Below are positions 56,784 to 64,000 of a stretch of DNA of 64,000 nucleotides, piece by piece (the stretch's first letter is position 1; each line of letters starts with the position of its first letter). The notes beneath the pieces are model-generated. The model saw only the letters and a list, made by a program, of their open reading frames with translations, was not told where the DNA came from and ran no database searches. The position numbers were made by a program, and so were the translations under genes. Where the stretch lies: positions 781-64,780 of the forward strand of contig CAKQUE010000001.1 in assembly GCA_934277435.1 (NCBI GenBank), written 5' to 3'. Origin of the DNA: an uncultured Alphaproteobacteria bacterium. GTDB taxonomy: Bacteria; Pseudomonadota; Alphaproteobacteria; RF32; CAG-239.

Positions 56784-59075
56784 ATGAATTTTAAAAATTT
56801 AATTAAATACGGACTAAGCTCTTTTTTGGGAATTTTAATTGCCAGCTCTTATTTTTGGTACACTTATCCGGAACTAAAACTTTCAATGTTTTTAAGCGGT
56901 AACGGTACTCCGCATATTGACATTTATGCCACACGCTATGATAGCCGTGTAGAAAATACCGCATTATCACCGGTATTAACTGAAATTCCTACGCTTTATA
57001 CTGTTTCACTCAAAACCACGGAGCTTAAAAATTTAAAGTTAGATATTTCAAACTATCAGGGGTATTTAAATATAGGTGACGTTTTTGTTGGAGGTCAAAA
57101 TTTCAAACATATTATACCAGCCGCCGCTCCTGATATAAATATTTTGAACAGCAGCGCCAATTTGGTTGGTTTTAATATGCGAAACAGCGCGCAGATAGAT
57201 GTTTGTACAGATTGTCTGCCGTTGCCAACTAACAGACAGGTTAATTACACGGCTTTGTGCTTTATTTTGTTAGCTTATGTGCTTTTAAGCGCGCTAACCA
57301 TTGCCGCTTATTTATGCCGACAAAAAATCAAAGATAAACTTATGGGAATTTACACTTTCAAAAACTACGCTTTGATTTTTCCATATGCTAAACCATATTG
57401 GTTTAGAGCGCTGATAGCCGTTGTTATAACCATTCCAGTTGGTATGATGGATGCCGTCATTGCTTGGTCGCTAAAACCATTTATGGACGTGGTACTGGTT
57501 GAAAAACAGACAGGTTGGACCATGTATATTCCGCTGTTGATAGTGGTATTCAGTGTACTGCAAGCTTTGTTTACATACATCGCAACCTATATGAACACAT
57601 GGGTAGGAAATAAAATTGCCCTAGATATCAAACGCAAATTATTTAACAAACTTTTGCGCAGCGACGCCTCTTTTTTTGATAAAAGCAACTCCGGCGATAT
57701 TCTGTTTCGTTTTAATAACGATGCCGAATCGGCTTGCAGCGGCTTATTAAGCAATATGAAAATGTTTACTACCCGCTTTTTTTCATCACTTTCACTCATT
57801 GCGGTATTATTTTATAACTCATGGCAGCTGGCTATTGTTGCCGTGGTCGTGATGTTTGGCGCGCTTTATCCTTTAACCAGAGTACGCAAGCGCCTGAAAA
57901 AAGTCGTTTCTAAAGATGCAAACGCCATAGCTACTTTGATGACGCATTATAACGAAGCCTATAGCGGAAACCGTATTATAACCGCCTATAATCTCTATGA
58001 CTTTTGCAAAGCTAAGTTTATTGATTCTGTTAACAACATCTTTTCACTTGGCGTACAGATGGTGACTAAAATCGGCATCATCACCCCAATTATGCATGTT
58101 ATCTCGTCTTTTGGCATTGCCTTTGTGATTTGGTTCGGCAGTTATTTGATTGTCAATCACGATATTACCGTCGGTAATTTTGCTTCTTTTATCACCTCTT
58201 TGGTTATGCTTTATAACCCTATAAAATCTATCGGCAACAACTATAACGGCGTTATATTCTCACTTATGGCTGTTGAACGCGTTTTTGAAAAATTGAACAG
58301 CATTCCAATCATCCGCAATTGTGAAAACGCTAAAAAAATTGAACACTGTAAAGGCAATATCTGCTACAAAGATGTGATGTTTGAGTATACAAAAGACAAA
58401 CCTGTGTTAAAAAATGTTAACCTAAACATCAAAGCCGGTCAAACCATAGCATTGGTTGGTAATTCCGGCGGCGGCAAAACCACAATATCTTCTTTGCTGC
58501 CACGTTTTTATGATGTAAAATCCGGAACTATCACTTTGGACGGCATAAACATCAAGGACTTAGATTTAGACTGTCTGCGTGATAATATCGCCATTGTTTT
58601 CCAAGATAACTTTTTATTTTGCGGCACAATCCGAGAAAATATTTTATTTGGACGAGAAAATGTTAGCGAAGAACAACTGCAAAAAGCTATTCATTCGGCT
58701 TGCTTAGATGAATTTATCAGCACGCTGAAAGATGGATTGGACACCCAAATAGGCGAACGAGGCGTATTGCTTTCCGGCGGTCAAAAACAACGTATTGCCA
58801 TTGCCCGCGCCTTTATTAAAAATGCCCCGATTCTGATTTTAGACGAGGCGACATCGGCTCTTGACAACAAATCGGAGGCAGTGGTACAGCAAGCTATTGA
58901 CAACTTAATGAAAGATAGAACAGTGTTGGTAATTGCCCACCGTCTATCCACGGTCCGCAACGCCGATTGCATTGTGGTGATTAATGACGGACAAATAGTT
59001 GAAAAAGGCTCGCATGAAGAATTGCTGAAAAAGAAAGGCGCTTATGCGGCTTTATACCGCACCCAGCTGGCGTAA
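56784..59075 (+). CDS. ABC exporter (TMD-NBD fusion, MsbA-like) with ~180-aa N-terminal TM + periplasmic extension
   Basis: Walker A GNSGGGKTT, signature LSGGQKQRIAIARA, Walker B ILILDEATS; 6-TM exporter domain. Confidence 0.8.
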   Translation: MNFKNLIKYGLSSFLGILIASSYFWYTYPELKLSMFLSGNGTPHIDIYATRYDSRVENTALSPVLTEIPTLYTVSLKTTELKNLKLDISNYQGYLNIGDVFVGGQNFKHIIPAAAPDINILNSSANLVGFNMRNSAQIDVCTDCLPLPTNRQVNYTALCFILLAYVLLSALTIAAYLCRQKIKDKLMGIYTFKNYALIFPYAKPYWFRALIAVVITIPVGMMDAVIAWSLKPFMDVVLVEKQTGWTMYIPLLIVVFSVLQALFTYIATYMNTWVGNKIALDIKRKLFNKLLRSDASFFDKSNSGDILFRFNNDAESACSGLLSNMKMFTTRFFSSLSLIAVLFYNSWQLAIVAVVVMFGALYPLTRVRKRLKKVVSKDANAIATLMTHYNEAYSGNRIITAYNLYDFCKAKFIDSVNNIFSLGVQMVTKIGIITPIMHVISSFGIAFVIWFGSYLIVNHDITVGNFASFITSLVMLYNPIKSIGNNYNGVIFSLMAVERVFEKLNSIPIIRNCENAKKIEHCKGNICYKDVMFEYTKDKPVLKNVNLNIKAGQTIALVGNSGGGKTTISSLLPRFYDVKSGTITLDGINIKDLDLDCLRDNIAIVFQDNFLFCGTIRENILFGRENVSEEQLQKAIHSACLDEFISTLKDGLDTQIGERGVLLSGGQKQRIAIARAFIKNAPILILDEATSALDNKSEAVVQQAIDNLMKDRTVLVIAHRLSTVRNADCIVVINDGQIVEKGSHEELLKKKGAYAALYRTQLA

Positions 59076-59081
59076 AAATTC

Positions 59082-59110
59082 AAGGCCGGAATTTTGCTCC
59101 GGCCTTTTTA
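59082..59110. terminator. Bidirectional Rho-independent terminator
   Basis: aaggccgga-attttgc-tccggcctt + ttttaa; A-run upstream. Confidence 0.65.
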
Positions 59111-59111
59111 A

Positions 59112-60092
59112 TTATTTAGACAATGTAAGTTTGCCATTTTCTAGCTTTGCCTGACCGCCCAATGGAATAGTCAATATTGGGGTTGCATGACCAAAATCGA
59201 CATTAGCAATCACCGGCAAATTTGCCAACTCGGGCTTATTATTGATAATAAATTCCAAAATTTCGCGGCTGATTTCCGATTTCTTTTGAAAACGCCCGAT
59301 AACCAAAGCTTTAACATTTTTGAAATCCGGCTGATAACATAAAGCTTGCAAATCGCGGTCAAACGCGGTCGGATTGGTTGTTTCAAAGTCTTCAACAAAC
59401 AAAATTGTATCCTTTGCAAACGCCGGACGATATTCCGTACCCAGAAGCAAATTAAAAGTGCAGAGATTACCACCCTTAATTGTGCCTTCGGCGTTACCGG
59501 CGTGAATGGTCCAATAGCCCTCGTTTTTAATAAATTCACGATTTTCTTGGTCAATAAACCACAAATCATCACTCCATTCGGCAGCTGGTTCGACTTTTAC
59601 CGCTTCATCGGCAAACAGCATTTTTTCCATATATTCCAAAGTATATTCGCAACCTTTTTTCATTCCCAAAGAGCTAAAATGCGGACCATAATAAACTTCA
59701 AGCCCTGTTTTGGCCTCGATTGCCGCCAACAGCGCGGTAATATCCGAAAAACCGCAGATAATTTTTGGATTTTGGCGAATAACATCATAATCCAAATGTG
59801 GAATAATCTGATTTGAATTAAATCCGCCGATAATGGTGAAAATCGCCTTAACCGACTTGTCTTTGAACGCGGTCATAATATCGTCAACACGGTCGGCAAT
59901 AGAGCTTGAACCCATCATATTCCAGTTATCATCTGTGGTATGCGGTGCGTATTCAACTGTCAGTCCAAGTTTTTGCAATCTTTCTGTTGCAATTTTGCGA
60001 GTATCCTGCCCAATAATTTTCAACCCGCGCGACGGAGCCACAATCATAACTTTATCGCCTTTTTGCAATTTCTGCGGAATAATTTTTTGCAT
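59112..60092 (-). CDS. ldcA: LD-carboxypeptidase (peptidase S66, LdcA/MccF-like)
   Basis: 326 aa; N-terminal …MIVAPSRG…, GFSDITAL nucleophile-Ser region. Confidence 0.65.
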   Translation of the reverse strand: MQKIIPQKLQKGDKVMIVAPSRGLKIIGQDTRKIATERLQKLGLTVEYAPHTTDDNWNMMGSSSIADRVDDIMTAFKDKSVKAIFTIIGGFNSNQIIPHLDYDVIRQNPKIICGFSDITALLAAIEAKTGLEVYYGPHFSSLGMKKGCEYTLEYMEKMLFADEAVKVEPAAEWSDDLWFIDQENREFIKNEGYWTIHAGNAEGTIKGGNLCTFNLLLGTEYRPAFAKDTILFVEDFETTNPTAFDRDLQALCYQPDFKNVKALVIGRFQKKSEISREILEFIINNKPELANLPVIANVDFGHATPILTIPLGGQAKLENGKLTLSK

Positions 60093-60108
60093 ATTTTATT
60101 CTCCTTTT

Positions 60109-61215
60109 TTATGAATGACGCGGTTTGCAGCCGCAATAATCTTGATTATACAAATTTAATTCTTCTATCAGCTGTTGGCGCAATTCCTGCATACCGTTTT
60201 TGCGCCCCTCAATCTGCTGATACGGAAAATCAACAGTTTGACCAGCCCTAGCCGCGGCGGCGTTCACTTGTTCCAAATTTTTATAGCGTGACACGCCTAA
60301 AACCGAGGCCACTGCCGTATAGCCGTTTGCTTTGGCATATTCCATAACCCGTTGTAAACGCATTTCAAAACAAACAGAACAACGCTTGCCGCGTTCCGGC
60401 TCATTTTCCAAGCCTTGAGTTAATTCGCACCACCGCTCGTTGTCATACTCCAATTCAATAAACGGCACGCCATATAGCTCGCAAACCCGTTTATTTTCGG
60501 CGCAGCGTTTGTCATATTCCTCTTTCGGGCGGATATTCGGATTATAAAACACAACCGTAAAATCAGCGTCTTCGGCCGCCAACGTTTTTATCACAGCGCA
60601 AGAACACGGGGCGCAACAGGAAAGCAACAATAATTTATTCTGCCGCTGTGTCAACTTGCCATCTTCATAAACAAGTTCAGAAATTGAAGCGTTCGGCATC
60701 ATCCGCCGCACTGCACCGCCGGCGGTCCAATTAAGCAAACGTGCCACCGCACTGTGTGTGACAATAACAATATCTTGAGCTTCACAAGTTCCGCAAATAT
60801 CTTCCAATGCGCGCATTGCCCTGTCGCGAATCCGGCGTTTGCTTTCACCGCCCTCATAATGCGCATCTAAATAAGCTGGATCAGGATTAGTCCAATCGGA
60901 AAATTCAGGCCAACGGCGTACCATTTCCATTGAAACGCCCTCGGCTATACCGAAATTACCCTCAATAAGTCCGGTGTGAATCTGCGGTTTTAAATGCAAA
61001 TGATGACCGATAATTTGCGCTGTTTCAAAAGCGCGGCGCATTGGGCTGGTATAAATCGCTCCCACCGGAAAATTTTCTAGCTTCGCCGCGGCGATTTTAG
61101 CCTGCTGCCGCCCCGTATCCGTCAGCCCAACATCAAGTTTTTGTCCCTGACAAATTCCTTTAGCGTTGTATTCGGTTTCGCCATGGCGCACAATATAAAG
61201 CCGTTTTTGCATCAC
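60109..61215 (-). CDS. queH: Fusion protein: N-terminal histidine phosphatase (PGAM-like) + C-terminal epoxyqueuosine reductase QueH (DUF208)
   Basis: [12 protein letters not shown] (RHG catalytic motif) N-domain; C-domain CCAPCS…CSVCFEMRL…CGCKP. Confidence 0.6.
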   Translation of the reverse strand: MMQKRLYIVRHGETEYNAKGICQGQKLDVGLTDTGRQQAKIAAAKLENFPVGAIYTSPMRRAFETAQIIGHHLHLKPQIHTGLIEGNFGIAEGVSMEMVRRWPEFSDWTNPDPAYLDAHYEGGESKRRIRDRAMRALEDICGTCEAQDIVIVTHSAVARLLNWTAGGAVRRMMPNASISELVYEDGKLTQRQNKLLLLSCCAPCSCAVIKTLAAEDADFTVVFYNPNIRPKEEYDKRCAENKRVCELYGVPFIELEYDNERWCELTQGLENEPERGKRCSVCFEMRLQRVMEYAKANGYTAVASVLGVSRYKNLEQVNAAAARAGQTVDFPYQQIEGRKNGMQELRQQLIEELNLYNQDYCGCKPRHS

Positions 61216-64000
61216 AATTTTCCTTTTAAATATTTGCCGGTATAACTCCGTGCAACTTTAACAATTTCTTCCGGTGTACCGGTTGCAATTATCTCGCCGC
61301 CGCCGTCGCCGCCTTCTGGTCCCAAATCCACAATATAATCGGCTGTTTTTATCACATCTAGATTATGTTCAATAACCACCACGGTGTTTCCTTGTTCCAC
61401 CAGCATTTGCAACACTTGCAGCAACTTTTTAATATCTTCAAAATGCAATCCGGTTGTCGGTTCGTCTAAAATATACAGAGTTTTGCCGGTAGCTTTTTTG
61501 CTCAATTCTTTTGAAAGCTTAATACGCTGCGCCTCGCCACCGGAAAGCGTTGGAGCCGATTGCCCAAGATGAATATATCCCAAACCGACACGACGCAGCA
61601 AATCCAGCTTATTTTTAATGGCCGGAATATTTTCAAAAAAGTGATAAGCGTCATCTATTGTCATATCCAAAACATCGGCAATTGACTTATCCTTAAACTT
61701 AACCTGCAGAGTTTCACGATTATAGCGTGTACCATTACAGCTATCGCAAGGAACATAAACGTCCGGCAAAAAATTCATTTCAATTTTCATCACGCCGTCG
61801 CCTTTACAAGCCTCGCAGCGTCCGCCGGCAACGTTAAAAGAGAATCTTCCCGAAGTATAACCGCGGGCTTTGGCCTCAGGAAGTCCGGCAAACCAATCAC
61901 GGATGTTGGTAAACACGCCGGTATAAGTAGCAGGATTAGAACGCGGCGTGCGTCCGATTGGCGACTGGTCAATATCTATTACTTTATCAATATTTTCCAA
62001 ACCAATCAGTTTATCATATTTGCCGGTCGGAATACGGCTGCCGTTCAGCTCTTTATCAATAGCCTTGCATAGCGTTTCCAAAATCAATGACGATTTGCCG
62101 CCGCCGGAAATACCGGTCACGCAAGTAAACGTCCCTAAAGGAATCTTTAAATCAACATTTTTCAGGTTATTTGTTTTTGCTCCGGTCAATTCCAAAAATT
62201 TTCCGTTTCCTTTACGGCGAATCGACGGTACGGCAATATATTTTTCACCAGTCAAATATTGCGCCGTCAAACTTTTTTTATTTTTCAGCACCTCGGCAAC
62301 AGTCCCCGCCGCCACCACGTTTCCGCCGTTGGAGCCGGCCCCCGGTCCCATATCAACCAAAAAATCCGCCGCGCGCATAGCGTCTTCGTCATGTTCAACC
62401 ACAATCACTGTGTTGCCAATATCTCGCAAACGAGTAAGCGTCGCCAACAACTTGTCGTTATCCCTTTGGTGCAACCCGATGGACGGTTCGTCCAAAACAT
62501 ACATAACGCCGGTTAGACCAGAGCCGATTTGCGAAGCTAAGCGAATCCGCTGCGCTTCTCCGCCGGAAAGCGTTCCGGATTGGCGGGACATAGTTAAATA
62601 ATCCAAACCGACATTATTCAAAAAGCGCAGGCGTTCAACAATCTCTTTAATGATTTTATGGGCTATTTCTTGTTTTTGCGGCGTCAATTGCGCCTCTACT
62701 TCGCTAAACCAGTTCAAGGCTTGCTTAATAGACATATCCGACGCCTCAATAATATCCTTACCGCAAATTTTGACCGCCAGAGCCTCAGGTTTCAGGCGTT
62801 TTCCGTGACAGCACTCACAAGGAGCCGCCGACTGATAATGCGCCAATTCATCACGGCTTGCCGCCGAATCCGTTTCTAAAAAACGGCGTTCCATATTTGG
62901 AATAACCCCCTCAAAAGGCTTATCGGTGACAAAACGAGAATAAACCATCGGCACGCACTTGTTGCCGGAACCGTATAAAATTGTTTCTTGCGCATACGCC
63001 GGCAAATCTTTCCACGGCGTTTTGTTGGATATTTCCAGATATTCGCACAGCGAATCGAGAGTTTGCCGATAAAACATCGAGTGGCTGCTGACCGACCACG
63101 GCGCAATCGCACCTCCGGCCAAGCTTAAATTTTCGTTTGGCACCACAAGTTCAGGGTCCATATATAAACTTGCACCCAAACCACCGCAACACGGACAAGC
63201 ACCTTGCGGATTGTTAAACGAAAACAAACGCGGCTCAATTTCTTCAATCGTAAAGCCAGACACCGGACAAGCGAATTTAGAAGAAAACGTCTGGCGTTTT
63301 TTATCCGCCATATTTTCCACATACAGCAACCCATCGCTTAACTTTAGAGCAGTTTCCACCGATTGACTGACACGGCTTTCAATTCCTTGCTTAATGATAA
63401 TACGGTCAACCACTACTTCAATATCGTGTTTTTGATTTTTGTTTAGCTCCGGCAGTTCTTCTATATTATAAATTTCATCATCAATATTAACCCGCTGAAA
63501 ACCTTTTTTCTGCAATTCGGCAAACTCTTTTTTAAATTCGCCTTTTTTCCCGCGGGCAATCGGAGCTAATAAAATCAGTTTTGTTCCTTCCGGCATGGCC
63601 AAAATTTTATCTACCATCTGCGCCACAGACTGCGCCTCAATCGGTAATCCGGTTGCCGGAGAATATGGAGTTCCAGCTCTTGCCCACAGCAAACGCATAT
63701 AGTCATAAATTTCTGTCACCGTACCAACAGTGGAACGCGGATTGTGCGAGGTTGTTTTTTGCTCTATGGAAATTGCCGGCGACAAACCTTCTATCGAATC
63801 CACATCAGGCTTGTTTTGCAAATCCAAAAATTGACGAGCATATGAAGACAAACTTTCAACATAACGGCGCTGTCCTTCGGCATAAATTGTGTCAAACGCC
63901 AACGATGACTTACCAGAACCAGAAAGTCCGGTAATCACGGTCAAACTGTTTTTAGGAATATTAATATCAACATTTTTCAAATTATGTTGGCGTGCGCCTC
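61212..64000 (-). CDS. uvrA: Excinuclease ABC subunit A (N-terminus runs off window end)
   Basis: Both ABC modules, zinc fingers; reading upstream of the ORF-track TTG gives …[15 protein letters not shown]…, i.e. the true start lies beyond 64000. Confidence 0.9.
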   Translation of the reverse strand, partial: GARQHNLKNVDINIPKNSLTVITGLSGSGKSSLAFDTIYAEGQRRYVESLSSYARQFLDLQNKPDVDSIEGLSPAISIEQKTTSHNPRSTVGTVTEIYDYMRLLWARAGTPYSPATGLPIEAQSVAQMVDKILAMPEGTKLILLAPIARGKKGEFKKEFAELQKKGFQRVNIDDEIYNIEELPELNKNQKHDIEVVVDRIIIKQGIESRVSQSVETALKLSDGLLYVENMADKKRQTFSSKFACPVSGFTIEEIEPRLFSFNNPQGACPCCGGLGASLYMDPELVVPNENLSLAGGAIAPWSVSSHSMFYRQTLDSLCEYLEISNKTPWKDLPAYAQETILYGSGNKCVPMVYSRFVTDKPFEGVIPNMERRFLETDSAASRDELAHYQSAAPCECCHGKRLKPEALAVKICGKDIIEASDMSIKQALNWFSEVEAQLTPQKQEIAHKIIKEIVERLRFLNNVGLDYLTMSRQSGTLSGGEAQRIRLASQIGSGLTGVMYVLDEPSIGLHQRDNDKLLATLTRLRDIGNTVIVVEHDEDAMRAADFLVDMGPGAGSNGGNVVAAGTVAEVLKNKKSLTAQYLTGEKYIAVPSIRRKGNGKFLELTGAKTNNLKNVDLKIPLGTFTCVTGISGGGKSSLILETLCKAIDKELNGSRIPTGKYDKLIGLENIDKVIDIDQSPIGRTPRSNPATYTGVFTNIRDWFAGLPEAKARGYTSGRFSFNVAGGRCEACKGDGVMKIEMNFLPDVYVPCDSCNGTRYNRETLQVKFKDKSIADVLDMTIDDAYHFFENIPAIKNKLDLLRRVGLGYIHLGQSAPTLSGGEAQRIKLSKELSKKATGKTLYILDEPTTGLHFEDIKKLLQVLQMLVEQGNTVVVIEHNLDVIKTADYIVDLGPEGGDGGGEIIATGTPEEIVKVARSYTGKYLKGKL

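Noticed and set aside
1-64000. CRISPR arrays, IS elements/transposases, integrases, tRNA genes
   Set aside because: No regularly spaced short direct repeats with unique spacers, and no DDE-transposase or tyrosine-recombinase-like ORFs seen. No cloverleaf-like 75-90-nt GC-rich segments noticed in intergenic regions.

Overview
This AT-rich window looks like part of an alphaproteobacterial chromosome, probably a reduced-genome or endosymbiont-like lineage: the lptB-hpf-ptsN cluster has no rpoN. Roughly 1-17.3 kb is housekeeping: the 3' end of gyrB, an orphan type IV pilin-like gene, a tandemly duplicated ptsN/hpf' segment, hpf, lptB, a fused LptC/LptA-like gene, kdsD, holC, degP, hflC/hflK, mrp, a methyltransferase, a BI-1 family gene, rpmH-rnpA-yidD-yidC-yihA. 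Roughly 17.4-43.5 kb, all on the minus strand, is a near-complete VirB/Trb-type type IV secretion system (T4SS) locus with three tandem virB2 pilin paralogs, virB3, virB4, five secreted non-membrane proteins in the VirB5/VirB6 position, virB8 x2 flanking a virB7-like lipoprotein, a virB9 fused to a SPOR-like domain, and virB11. The most unusual part is a CagY-like pair of giant proteins. A 1267-aa decapeptide-repeat protein carries a VirB10-like N-terminal membrane anchor and is translationally coupled to a 1406-aa protein whose C-terminus is a VirB10 barrel domain. No VirB6, VirD4 or VirB1 was recognised. Divergently transcribed from the virB2 genes (43.8-55.5 kb) is a type IVb (Bfp/Tcp/R64 PilL-R-like) pilus assembly operon: a TcpQ-like lipoprotein, a lipoprotein secretin, a bitopic BfpC-like protein, a PilP-like protein, a GspE-family ATPase and a GspF-family platform protein, plus a convergent PilT-like ATPase. 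The rest of the window is an M29 aminopeptidase, an MsbA-like ABC exporter with an N-terminal extension, an LD-carboxypeptidase, a histidine-phosphatase/QueH fusion and partial uvrA. All calls rest on reading the translated ORFs and the DNA by eye; no searches were run.
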